A stretch of DNA of 64,000 bases from Candidatus Omnitrophota bacterium (GTDB lineage: Bacteria > Omnitrophota > Gorgyraeia > JAZDFF01). This document shows positions 49,131 through 59,181 of the stretch, in pieces. A program made the position numbers and the translations under genes. Each line of letters begins with the position of its first letter. Position 1 is the stretch's first letter. The notes under the pieces were generated by a model. That model made no database searches, had not been told where the DNA came from, and saw only the letters and a program-made list of their open reading frames with translations. The stretch spans positions 1,628-65,627 of the forward strand of contig JAZDFF010000001.1 in assembly GCA_043808095.1 (NCBI GenBank), read 5' to 3'.

Positions 49131-52082
49131 ATGAAAACCACTATCCTAACCGGCTTGAACAAAGAACAGATCGAAGCGGTTACTCATAAAGAAGGTCCGC
49201 TTTTAATTATTGCCGGAGCCGGGACAGGAAAGACCGCAGTAATCACCCGCAGGATCGCCTGGCTTCTCGCCGAAAAATTAGCCCGGCCAGAAGAGATCCT
49301 TGCCCTTACCTTTACCGATAAGGCAGCCCAGGAGATGGAAGAACGGGTAGATATCCTGGTGCCTTATGGCCTCACAGATATCTGGATTTCAACATTCCAT
49401 GCCTTTGGCGATAGAATCTTACGGGAAAACGCATTAGATATCGGGCTTCCCCCGGATTTTCGCGTGCTCACCCGGCCGCAGGCCTCAGTATTTTTGCGCG
49501 AACACCTCTTTGAATTGCCCTTAAAGCATTATCGGCCTTTAAGCGATCCCACCAGGTTTATCGATGCCATGATTAATTTATTCAGCCGCGCCAAAGACGA
49601 AGACGTCTCAAGTGATGAATACATTGAATATACCAGTAAGTTAGAGAGAGAAATAAACCCGGATGATCCCGAACAAAAAGAGGAACTCACCCGCCAGGTT
49701 GAGCTTGCCTCCTGCTATGCCAAATTCCAGGAACTCCTTAATAAATACGGCATGGTTGATTTCGGCAACCAGTTTTATCTTGCCTTAAGGTTATTCAGAG
49801 AACATCCTTCAATCTTAGCCCGTTACCAAAGACAATTCAAATTCGTACTGGTGGATGAATTCCAGGATACAAATTACGCCCAGTTTGAACTCTTAAAATT
49901 ACTCGCTAAAAATAATAATATCACCGTAGTAAGCGATGACGACCAGTCCATTTACCGCTTCCGGGGTGCAGCTTACAGCAATATCCTGCAGTTTATGAAC
50001 AATTATCCTTCGACCAAAAAGATTACCCTGATTAAAAACTACCGGTCGACTCAGGTAATCCTGGATACTGCCTACAGGCTGATTCAGCATAATAACCCTG
50101 AGCGTTTTGAAGTAAAGGCCGGGATTAATAAACATCTTGTAGGGACGAGCAAAAAAGGCAAGGCAGTCAAGCATCTTTATTTTGACCATGTCTCTAATGA
50201 GGCAGATAGTATTGCCAAGATAATCCAGGAAAAAGTTCACCCCGTTAGAGGCTCTCGTTTAAAACATGCTGTCTCTAATGGGGTCAAGACCAAGAAGTTT
50301 AATTATCAGGACTTTGCCATCTTAGTCCGTTCCAATTCAGATGCTGAAGCCTTCCTGCAGGCCCTAAACATGTATGAGATCCCCTGGCGTTTTAGCGGCA
50401 ACCAGGGTTTATATTCCAGGGGCGAAATTAGATTATGCATAGGTTTTTTAAGGTTGATGGCTAATGTCCATGATTCGACCAGCCTCTACTATCTGGCAAG
50501 TTCCGATATTTATAAAGTCCCTCTAAAAGACTTAAGCCTGTGCACTAATTATAGCCGCAGATTTAATCAGAGTTTGTTTAGCGTTTTAGAGAACCTTGAT
50601 AAGGTCGAGAATCTGGAAAAGATGCCCAAAGATTCGAAGGCCGCGATCGGGAAGCTGGTCGTAGATATCAATAAATTCCTGGAGATTTCCCGCGAGCATA
50701 CCACAGGAAGGTTACTTTATTTATTCCTGACCGAGACCGGATGTATTAAGCGCCTGATTAAGGAGCTGTCACTGGTAAACGAAGAGAAAGTGCAGAATAT
50801 TGCCCGTTTTTTTCAGATTGTCCGGGATTTTGAGAATATTGCCAAGGAAGACCGGGTAGTCTATTTTGTCGATTATATTGATATGCTTATCGAGGCAGGA
50901 GATGACCCGGCAACGGCGCAGGCGGATCTGGATGCCCCGGCAGTAAATGTGATGACCGTGCATAAGGCAAAGGGACTGGAGTTTGAGGTGGTCTTTATTG
51001 TGAGTTTAGTCGGCGGCCGTTTTCCCTGGCCGCATCGCCGCCAGGGCCTGGAACTGTCCGATGCCCTTATAAAGGATATCCTCCCCAGCGGGGATTTTCA
51101 CCTGCAGGAAGAAAGAAGGCTCTTTTATGTAGCCATGACCAGGGCCAAGAAGGAGCTCTATCTGACTTCATCAAGAGACTACGGCGGCAGCCAACCCCGC
51201 AGGGTCAGTCAATTTGTGATGGAGGCCCTGGGTTTAAAAAAGTCGCCGGATATATCTTTCAGGAGTTCTGCCCAGGAATATATCCAGAAGTTTAAGCCCC
51301 CTGCAAAAAGAAAGTCCGGAAAAGTTACGATAGAAAAAGATGAGATAATCAGCCTTAGTTATTATCAGGTCGATGATTATTTGACCTGTCCTTTAAAATA
51401 TAAGTACGTGCATATCCTGCGCGTTCCGATTATAGCGCATCATACAGTTATCTACGGCAAGGCTATACACGATGCTATCTCACGATATTTCGAGTTAAGG
51501 CTCGCCGGAAAGGAAATCGATAAAGATAGGCTTTTTGGGATTTTTGAGGCCTCTTTTAAACCCGAAGGATTTTTATCGCGCCAGCATTACGAGGAAAGGC
51601 TCGCCAAGGCCAGGCAATTCCTGGATAGGTTCCTTAGAGAACAGGAGGCAAGCGGAAAATTACCCCTTTTTGTGGAAAAAGAATTTTCTTTTCTGTATGG
51701 TAAAGACCGCATAGTCGGTCGTTGGGATGCTATTTATGCCGAGAGAGATTTTATCACCATACTTGATTTTAAATCCTCAGATGTGAGTGTTCAGAAGGAT
51801 GCCGACAAAAGGACCAGGGAAAGCATCCAGCTGGATATCTATGCCTTAGCCTATAAACAGGTCTTTGGCCGGCTTCCGGATGAAGTGGCCTTGTATTTTC
51901 TGGAATCCGGCATAATCGGAAGGGCTGAAAAGAAAGTCAAGAATTTAGAGAAGATTGAAGAGAAGATAAAGATAGCATCCCAGGGCATACGCCAGGCTGA
52001 ATTTCCCGCCAGGCCCGTGTATCTGGCCTGTAATTGGTGCGCCTATAACCAGATCTGCCCTTATGCAAAGCATAAGGGCTAA
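49131..52082 (+). CDS. UvrD/PcrA-type helicase fused to a C-terminal PD-(D/E)XK, Cas4-like Fe-S nuclease domain
   Basis: Walker A IIAGAGTGKT, UvrD motifs (VDEFQDTN, NYRST...), four Cys in the C-terminus (C-x...CNWC...C) and D/E-K nuclease residues. Confidence 0.8.
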   Translation: MKTTILTGLNKEQIEAVTHKEGPLLIIAGAGTGKTAVITRRIAWLLAEKLARPEEILALTFTDKAAQEMEERVDILVPYGLTDIWISTFHAFGDRILRENALDIGLPPDFRVLTRPQASVFLREHLFELPLKHYRPLSDPTRFIDAMINLFSRAKDEDVSSDEYIEYTSKLEREINPDDPEQKEELTRQVELASCYAKFQELLNKYGMVDFGNQFYLALRLFREHPSILARYQRQFKFVLVDEFQDTNYAQFELLKLLAKNNNITVVSDDDQSIYRFRGAAYSNILQFMNNYPSTKKITLIKNYRSTQVILDTAYRLIQHNNPERFEVKAGINKHLVGTSKKGKAVKHLYFDHVSNEADSIAKIIQEKVHPVRGSRLKHAVSNGVKTKKFNYQDFAILVRSNSDAEAFLQALNMYEIPWRFSGNQGLYSRGEIRLCIGFLRLMANVHDSTSLYYLASSDIYKVPLKDLSLCTNYSRRFNQSLFSVLENLDKVENLEKMPKDSKAAIGKLVVDINKFLEISREHTTGRLLYLFLTETGCIKRLIKELSLVNEEKVQNIARFFQIVRDFENIAKEDRVVYFVDYIDMLIEAGDDPATAQADLDAPAVNVMTVHKAKGLEFEVVFIVSLVGGRFPWPHRRQGLELSDALIKDILPSGDFHLQEERRLFYVAMTRAKKELYLTSSRDYGGSQPRRVSQFVMEALGLKKSPDISFRSSAQEYIQKFKPPAKRKSGKVTIEKDEIISLSYYQVDDYLTCPLKYKYVHILRVPIIAHHTVIYGKAIHDAISRYFELRLAGKEIDKDRLFGIFEASFKPEGFLSRQHYEERLAKARQFLDRFLREQEASGKLPLFVEKEFSFLYGKDRIVGRWDAIYAERDFITILDFKSSDVSVQKDADKRTRESIQLDIYALAYKQVFGRLPDEVALYFLESGIIGRAEKKVKNLEKIEEKIKIASQGIRQAEFPARPVYLACNWCAYNQICPYAKHKG

Positions 52083-52320
52083 TTTATACTCCGCGGCCTG
52101 AAAACCGCGCCCTTTAGGGCGCGGATAAGATGTGGCCGCTTGAGTATTCCGCCCAAGGAACCCCGGGCTTTAGCCCGGGTGGGCTCCATTTTTTGAGAGT
52201 TAAAACATTCTGGCTTTCAAGAGGTTAGTGAAATTTTTTCAAATGAAGCCCAGACTTATGGAGCCTGCTTGACACCAAACAGGCGATTGCGAACATAAGT
52301 TGTGTGCTCATTAAAATACC

Positions 52321-52349
52321 TTGACAAATGTCGAAAAAAATAATATACT
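52321..52349 (+). promoter_or_regulatory. Perfect sigma70 promoter (TTGACA-17 nt-TATACT) driving a short structured transcript
   Basis: Exact consensus hexamers with a 17-nt spacer, read directly from the sequence. Confidence 0.45.
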
Positions 52350-52355
52350 TAAATA

Positions 52356-52465
52356 AATACTTTTTAAAAGTTTTTTGTGGCTTAGGCGACCAAACTTGGC
52401 CACGGATTCCGAGTTTCGGAATAAGGGAGGTTGCTTCTAAAAGATAGAAGCAACCTTTTTTATTT
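52356..52465 (+). ncRNA. Candidate ~110-nt small RNA ending in an intrinsic terminator
   Basis: Predicted +1 ~7 nt after the -10. Hairpins GUGGC...GCCAC and UUCCG-AGUUU-CGGAA, an exposed AAGGGAGG, then GGUUGCUUCU-loop-AGAAGCAACC followed by UUUUUUAUU. Confidence 0.35.
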
Positions 52466-52593
52466 AGGTAAGCGAGGAAGCGCTTTCTTTTTAAAACAGC
52501 CCTTCACAAAACTAGTTCAGGGCTGTTGATTGCAGTGATTTCAAAAAAGATTACAGCGATTTATCGTCGAGCATTAATCTTTGTAATCTGATT

Positions 52594-52687
52594 TTCCCGC
52601 TTTGCGGGATCCCGCTGGAAATTTTCTATTGTGCGGGATAATCTCTGTAATCAAGGGCGAAACGATTTTTGTGAAGCCCTATTTAAG
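52594..52687 (+). promoter_or_regulatory. Conserved ~90-nt leader element (copy 2) upstream of the 1956-aa surface protein
   Basis: ~90% identical to 20213-20302, with the same GCGGGATCCCGC palindrome and AGGGC...GCCCT hairpin just before the RBS. Confidence 0.45.
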
Positions 52688-52700
52688 GGAGGATAAAAAG

Positions 52701-55700
52701 ATGATGGGAATAAAAAAATTAATAAGTGTATTAATTTTAGGTTGCGTATTAATATTATTGAATAATCCTTCCCTTTTAGCAGAAGAGGGTCAATGGAAGT
52801 CCTTGGATGAAGGAATTCCTTCGCTAACTGCTCCCCAGGCTTCAGTACTTAAGTCTACTGATTCAACTGTCCATTTAAGGATACAGGTCCCTGGTTTTGA
52901 AGTTAAGCAAAATGAAGAACAGGGCGTAGTCTATCAACAAATCCGTCTTCCTCAGGCAAGCTTGCTTCCTGAAATAGGCAAACCGATGCTTCCCCGGCTT
53001 ATCAGGATTATCGCCGTGCCTAAAGAATGTAATCTTTCCGATATCAAGTTAGAATTTTCTCCTACCAAAATCCAGACCTTGGAAAACTACTTAGTTTATC
53101 CTCTGCCTGATTTAGACGATAAAAAAGATATCTTTGTTAAAGACGAACTTTTCTATGAAAAAGACGTTTTTTATCCCGAACAGGTGGTAAAGGTTGAATC
53201 TATAGGCCTGATGCGCGACCAGAAAATTCTTAAGATTCAAATCTGTCCTATACAATATAATCCTAAGACAAAACAACTCAAGGTATATAAAGACCTGATA
53301 ATCAAGGTAAACTTTCCTTCTGGTATAGTGAGTTCATCTACGGGAGTAGGACCTCTTGAACATGTGGCTAACCTGGCTCTATTAAATTATGAATCCAGGC
53401 CTCAAGAAGAGCCAGAAGAAGGCGGTAAATCAGGGAATGTTATCTATCCCACAAATTTGAAAACCGGTACAAACAATGCTGATTATATTATCATTGCTGC
53501 TCCTCTGCTTTGGCAGGACAGGGATACCAACGGATTGGTTACTTTTGCTAACCATCGCGCTACCTATAATAACTGGAATGTGGCAGTGGTAAATAGAGAT
53601 GATATCTATAATCAATTTAGCGGCACCACTGATGATGACAAGATTAAGGCCTTTATTACCTATGCCTATAATAATGTCGCTAACCATTGGCATGCGCCTC
53701 GTATGGGCGATGACCATACTGGATTTGTGCTTTTAATGGGAGACGCGCGTTCAGCTGCCGGTACAGGCCATCTACCCACACATATCTCTATTCTTGTTGA
53801 CCCTATTAAATATGAACGTATTGCTACTGACCACTGGTATGCCTGTATAAATGATGATGACGGCAGCGGTATGGTTGATGATAATGACCGCATGGCTGAT
53901 CTTTTTATTGGCCGGTTTTGCACAGGAGGCGATGACTGGGCCCAGAGAGTTCTGGATAAGACCCGCTTCTTTGATATTGCCGGAATTCCTAGCCCCAATT
54001 GGAAAGGAAAGATTGGCCTTTGGTGCGGCTATGGAAGCCAAGATGCCAACAGGATCAGCGAGCTTAGAGATACAATCTATCCTCATATTGAACAGCTGGC
54101 CGGCACTAATTCTTTTTTTGAGGTAAGCGATAAGGAATTTAGTACAGATCATACTAATTTAAATGATTTTAAGGATGACTTTAAGAACTATTTTAATTTA
54201 GGCAGAGGGATTGTTATTGACAATAGTCATGGTGACTACAATCTGTGGCAGTGGTCCAAAAATTTGTCTACGTTTGTAAACTTCGCTACTGATGATGTAG
54301 ACACTCTGAATAATGGTAGCAAAACTCCTCTGGTTCTGAGTTTTTCTTGTAGCACAGCGAGGTTTGACTATATCGGCAAAGGAGGTCAAGGCGTTGATCC
54401 CAATTTTGAGTCTTTAGCTGAAAGGTTTACCGAGATAGCTAACAATAAAGGTGCGGTAGCCTTTTGGGGGGCAACACGCGATACTAATTACCATGGAGAT
54501 TTTGAGTATACTGATACTATGATTCCGGCAGTCTTAGAATACGGCCTAAGCAATCTGGGTCAGGCTATTCTTTATACCAAACTCACCTGCTCTACAGTTT
54601 ATAATGGGGATATCATATTTAATCTGGTGGGTGATCCGGGTCTAGGGCTCTATGGCACTGTCCCAGGTTTTATCACTGACCTGCAGATTACCAGTGATAA
54701 TATCCAGACCGCTTCGGTTGGTTCTGATATTAGAATAACCGCTAAAGTAGAGAATATGACTGTTGTAGCAGCAACAAACGTCTGGGTGCGCTTCTATGAC
54801 GGCGACCCTACCAATGGTGGCATTCAGATAGGCTCTGACCAATTAATTAGCTCAATTCCCAGGTTTGGCAGTCAGACCGCAGAGGTCCTCTGGATTAATC
54901 CCTCCCAGACAGCGCATACCATATATGTGGTGGTTGATCCTGATAATACCATCACTGAATTTAATGAGGAAAATAATAAGGCCTCTACGGTAGTTCTCCT
55001 GGGATTTTCAGTCACTCCGGGTTATTATATTGACTCTTCGGCAATAGTAGCGGATGTAAATAATGACGGTGATAAGGAGATAATCGTAGGCTGTAATGAC
55101 TACAAAATTTATGTTTGGCAATCAAACGCTCAAGCATTACCCGGCTGGCCTATTTCAACAGGTGGTTCTGTGGAATCTTCTCCTGCTGTAGCTGATCTAG
55201 ACGGAGATGGAGATTTGGAGATAATTTTCAGTAGTAATAATGGTTATGTCTATGCCTGGCACCATAATGATGGACCTGATGCTGGCGATGAAGCAGATCC
55301 GGTTGCGGGTTGGCCAATTTCTATAGGCGGTCAAGTCCGTGCCACTCCAGTTGTTTTTGACTTAGACAATGATGGTGATTTAGAGATTATTGCTGCCTCA
55401 ACCAATGGCAAGGTCTATGCCTGGCATCACAATGGCCAGCCTTTTGCTTCTTGGCCAGGAGGTTATTTACAGGCAGCAGGAGCAATTTATTCTTCACCCG
55501 CAGTGGGTGATATTGATGGACAAGGCAGTGTAGAGATAGTAGTAGGCAGCGACGATGGCAAGGTCTATGCCTGGCATGCTCATAATGGCCAGGCCTTGAC
55601 TAATTGGCCAGTTGTAACCAACCCAACCTTACCCATACGTTCTTCACCCAGTTTAGCGGATTTAGACCGCGACGGTTTTCTCGATGTGGTAGTTGGTTCC

Positions 55701-58571
55701 ACCAATGGTAGGATGTACGCCTTTAAGTATGACGGCAGCCCTGTTACCGGTTGGTCAGGCGGAGTAGCAACCGCTGGTGCAATATATTCTTCACCCTCCA
55801 TCGCGGATATTAATAAAGACGGTGAATTAGAGGTAGTGGTGGGTTCTTATGATAACAAGGTCTATGCCTTTAAGTATGATGGAAGTCTTCTTTCTGGTAA
55901 TTGGCCAGTAACTACTGGCAATGATATCTATTCCTCGCCCTCATTATCTGACGTAAATGGTGATGGTAATATTGATGTGGTAGTGGGTTCTTATGACCAG
56001 CATCTTTATGTCTTGGATAAAAATGGCGGAGTTGTTGGTTCTCCTTTTACAACCTCAGGCAGAATTAGGTCGTCACCTGCAATCGTAGATATGGATGGTG
56101 ATGAACGGCCTGAGATATTAGTGGGTTCTTATGAGCAGTTGCATGTGTTTAGGGCAGGCGGCAGTGCAGTTGAACCCGAAGATATGCCTTGGTCGCAATT
56201 CCGCAAAGAGCCAAACAGGAAGGCAGTCTATAGTCGGCTCGCCCAAAGCCAGATTACCAACAGCCCAATGGATTATGCCACAATTCAAAAGGCCATATAC
56301 GCAGCTCAACCCGAAGAAACCATCTTAGTGCCAGAAGGTACATATTATGAAAATATCTCTTTCAAAAGCAAATCTATTACTTTAAAGGGTACAGAGGGTC
56401 CAGGAGGAGTGAAGAAGAGCATCTTAGATGGAGGTGGTGTTGGTTCGGTAGTTTATATGAGTTATAGCGAAGATTATCAGACAGGACCCTTTAATCCCGT
56501 CCTAGAAGGATTTAAGATTACCCATGGCTCAGGATATATGGGAGATTTGGGAGGGGGGGTTCTTATAAGTGGTAACTATCCACCTAATTCAAGACCGCAG
56601 GTCCTCCACAATTATATAACAGAAAACGAAGCTGATTATGGTGGTGGTATTGACCTTGGGGGGAGTTCGGCAATTATTAAACAAAATATTATCAGCAACA
56701 ACACAGCTCATATCGCTGGAGCAGCAATTTGTGCTATTGGGTATAGTATTAGCAACGAATCGCCGCTCATTACCAATAATGTAATCTATGCCAATACCGC
56801 GCCTGATTATAATCCTGATGAATGGGTTAGTGGTGGCATTATTTTTATCACCCAATCTGGAATCGACCCCGTAGATACACCGACATATTATCCTATAATT
56901 GCTAATAATACCATTACCTTAAATGTGGAGTGGTATGTTGGTAGAGGTCCAGCCGTGGTTATTAATAATCCTTTCCCCAACTGGGTGGATGCCAAGTTAG
57001 TCAATAATATCATTGTGAACAATTCCAAGGGGATTTGTTATTATTCCTCAAATCAGCCTTCAGGAGAACCTTCTCCTGAATCAATTGCCTATAATGATGT
57101 GTATAACAACACCGGCGGAAATTATGTGGGGCTTTCTGACAGAACTGGCATACAAGGCAATATCTCTGTTGAACCTAAGTTTAGAAACGGACTCTACTTA
57201 AGAGATCATATCTCTCCTTGTATTGATGCTGGTATTCCTGATCCCGATGGTAACCTAAATAATAATGAGGGCCAGCTTTGGGATTGGTCCCTTGAGCCTG
57301 ATTTTTCTGCTGGCCATATCAATATGGGCGCCTTTGGCAATACTTCCATAGCAGAACTTAGCTGCCATGTTCCTTATTTTCAGGACGATTCTTCCTGGGG
57401 TTATCCTATTAATAGTTATTATTGGGAGTGGCCGGTAGATCAGCCCGTTAATCTCACTGTTCATGCCGTTGATTGTGATGGCGATACGCTTAATATTAAT
57501 TTCGGGTTTTTGCCTCCAGGCCTATCGGCAACAGTTACACCGGGTAATCCTGCTTACCTTGTTATTACAGGCACACCCAATGTTACGGGAACTTATTCCA
57601 CCACATTTATTGTCCAGGATAACAGCCAGTATTTATTCTCTAAGACAGTGCCAGTCACCTTTAACATATTTAAATATGAGCCTGCGTCGCCATCATGTCC
57701 TTATTTATATCTGTGGAATGGCTCTGATTATGTCTTTGAGAATGACCTCTTCCCATCTGGAAATCCCAAGGAATACACTGATTATTATCTCTTGATGAAG
57801 GAATTAATACCAAAGGATGAGGTCTATTCTTTAAAGATAAAGGAGGAATTAGAGGAGACTTCTCATATAGACAAGGTATCGCTTTTACAGATAGACCATC
57901 CTGAAGGAGTAAAGATTGCTCCTACCCTGGAAGGTAAATTATATACCTATAAAGAACCTCTTACAGCTGCCGCAAATGTCGTCAATAGCCAGGGCGAGGA
58001 TATTACCGAGTTAATTTCTACCGGCGCTGATAATAAAGAGTATTTTGGCAGGCAGGGAGAGGAGATTATGCTTAGGTTTGCGAAAAACGGCCTAAGAGAT
58101 GAAACCAGACTTATCCTGAGTTCTGACCTGCCTAGGCCAAAACCCAATTATGCCAAATCTATCCATCTTCAGTTCAAGGACAAAAAAGGCCAGTGGCAGA
58201 ATCTCGTAGTCCTGCATCCCCATGAATACTGGGATATCTGGGCAGTGGATTTATCACCTTACCTTGAGGATTTAGGCAAAGATGAGGATTTGGAGATTAA
58301 GATCTTCTTTACTCAAGACCACAAGTTAGACTTCGTGGCCTTAGATACATCGCAACAAGCCCCCATTGTCGTAACCGAGCTTCCGCTTTTAAAGGCTACG
58401 CACTCTAAAGATAACGATATACGCTTAAAGTTGGAAACCTCTGATAATGACTACACCCGGACAATCAAAGGAGACTACATTGATTTAGAATTCCCATATC
58501 TAAGTAAGCCTACTCAAAAAAGAAGCTTTATCTTTGTCAGTGAGGGTTGGTATAGGCAAAACAAGAAATAG
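52701..58571 (+). CDS. Giant secreted multidomain protein: C25 (gingipain)-like cysteine peptidase + FG-GAP/VCBS beta-propeller + right-handed parallel beta-helix + C-terminal domain
   Basis: Signal peptide MMGIKKLISVLILGCVLILL; RBS AAGGGAGG. The candidate catalytic dyad (NSHGD...SFSCSTARFDY) resembles the Kgp/Rgp C-x-TAQFDY region. There are at least six FG-GAP-like repeats (DLDGDGDLEII...YVYAWHHN). Beta-helix repeats run from about 56280 to 57300. Confidence 0.75.
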   Translation: MMGIKKLISVLILGCVLILLNNPSLLAEEGQWKSLDEGIPSLTAPQASVLKSTDSTVHLRIQVPGFEVKQNEEQGVVYQQIRLPQASLLPEIGKPMLPRLIRIIAVPKECNLSDIKLEFSPTKIQTLENYLVYPLPDLDDKKDIFVKDELFYEKDVFYPEQVVKVESIGLMRDQKILKIQICPIQYNPKTKQLKVYKDLIIKVNFPSGIVSSSTGVGPLEHVANLALLNYESRPQEEPEEGGKSGNVIYPTNLKTGTNNADYIIIAAPLLWQDRDTNGLVTFANHRATYNNWNVAVVNRDDIYNQFSGTTDDDKIKAFITYAYNNVANHWHAPRMGDDHTGFVLLMGDARSAAGTGHLPTHISILVDPIKYERIATDHWYACINDDDGSGMVDDNDRMADLFIGRFCTGGDDWAQRVLDKTRFFDIAGIPSPNWKGKIGLWCGYGSQDANRISELRDTIYPHIEQLAGTNSFFEVSDKEFSTDHTNLNDFKDDFKNYFNLGRGIVIDNSHGDYNLWQWSKNLSTFVNFATDDVDTLNNGSKTPLVLSFSCSTARFDYIGKGGQGVDPNFESLAERFTEIANNKGAVAFWGATRDTNYHGDFEYTDTMIPAVLEYGLSNLGQAILYTKLTCSTVYNGDIIFNLVGDPGLGLYGTVPGFITDLQITSDNIQTASVGSDIRITAKVENMTVVAATNVWVRFYDGDPTNGGIQIGSDQLISSIPRFGSQTAEVLWINPSQTAHTIYVVVDPDNTITEFNEENNKASTVVLLGFSVTPGYYIDSSAIVADVNNDGDKEIIVGCNDYKIYVWQSNAQALPGWPISTGGSVESSPAVADLDGDGDLEIIFSSNNGYVYAWHHNDGPDAGDEADPVAGWPISIGGQVRATPVVFDLDNDGDLEIIAASTNGKVYAWHHNGQPFASWPGGYLQAAGAIYSSPAVGDIDGQGSVEIVVGSDDGKVYAWHAHNGQALTNWPVVTNPTLPIRSSPSLADLDRDGFLDVVVGSTNGRMYAFKYDGSPVTGWSGGVATAGAIYSSPSIADINKDGELEVVVGSYDNKVYAFKYDGSLLSGNWPVTTGNDIYSSPSLSDVNGDGNIDVVVGSYDQHLYVLDKNGGVVGSPFTTSGRIRSSPAIVDMDGDERPEILVGSYEQLHVFRAGGSAVEPEDMPWSQFRKEPNRKAVYSRLAQSQITNSPMDYATIQKAIYAAQPEETILVPEGTYYENISFKSKSITLKGTEGPGGVKKSILDGGGVGSVVYMSYSEDYQTGPFNPVLEGFKITHGSGYMGDLGGGVLISGNYPPNSRPQVLHNYITENEADYGGGIDLGGSSAIIKQNIISNNTAHIAGAAICAIGYSISNESPLITNNVIYANTAPDYNPDEWVSGGIIFITQSGIDPVDTPTYYPIIANNTITLNVEWYVGRGPAVVINNPFPNWVDAKLVNNIIVNNSKGICYYSSNQPSGEPSPESIAYNDVYNNTGGNYVGLSDRTGIQGNISVEPKFRNGLYLRDHISPCIDAGIPDPDGNLNNNEGQLWDWSLEPDFSAGHINMGAFGNTSIAELSCHVPYFQDDSSWGYPINSYYWEWPVDQPVNLTVHAVDCDGDTLNINFGFLPPGLSATVTPGNPAYLVITGTPNVTGTYSTTFIVQDNSQYLFSKTVPVTFNIFKYEPASPSCPYLYLWNGSDYVFENDLFPSGNPKEYTDYYLLMKELIPKDEVYSLKIKEELEETSHIDKVSLLQIDHPEGVKIAPTLEGKLYTYKEPLTAAANVVNSQGEDITELISTGADNKEYFGRQGEEIMLRFAKNGLRDETRLILSSDLPRPKPNYAKSIHLQFKDKKGQWQNLVVLHPHEYWDIWAVDLSPYLEDLGKDEDLEIKIFFTQDHKLDFVALDTSQQAPIVVTELPLLKATHSKDNDIRLKLETSDNDYTRTIKGDYIDLEFPYLSKPTQKRSFIFVSEGWYRQNKK

Positions 58572-58902
58572 ATTCCGATACTTTTAACAGTGGATTTAAA
58601 TTAAATAATATACTAGGATATTATTCCTTAAGCGTAATTTACCTTCTGTTATCTGCAAGACGCCTGCTTTCTTATGTCCTCCGAGTGTCTTAATCCTTGA
58701 CTTTGCTTAGGATTAGGAGTATACTAATCAAATTGAAATCTAGACTTACGGAATGATAATGAACGTAAGTTTGTGATTGAATTTGACCCTTGACATCTTT
58801 GATGTCAAGGGTTTAATTCGCAGACGCCCCGAAATTTCGGGGCTACAATTTATGTCATTTACTTTCCATAAATTGTCTGCTCATTTAAAGGGGGTGATTT
58901 TT

Positions 58903-59169
58903 TTGGCTTTGTCTAAACCCGATAAAACTAAGATCATCAGCAAGTTTAAATTGCATACCCAAGACACGGGTTCTGCCCCGGTCCAGATTGCGATCTTAAC
59001 CGAGAGAATAAGTTTGCTCTCCGAGCATTTTAAAACCAATAAGAAAGACCATCATTCCCGCAGAGGACTATTATGTATGGTCGGTAAACGTAAACGCCTT
59101 CTAAGCTATTTAAAAAAAGAAGCACCCAAGGTTTATGAGGATATAGCAGGAAAATTAAATTTAAAATAA
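58903..59169 (+). CDS. rpsO: 30S ribosomal protein S15
   Basis: ...[54 protein letters not shown] matches the S15 consensus. TTG start at 58903 with an upstream AAAGGGGG; the track's longer ORF reads through upstream palindromes. Confidence 0.85.
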   Translation: MALSKPDKTKIISKFKLHTQDTGSAPVQIAILTERISLLSEHFKTNKKDHHSRRGLLCMVGKRKRLLSYLKKEAPKVYEDIAGKLNLK

Positions 59170-59181
59170 AGGTATAACTAT

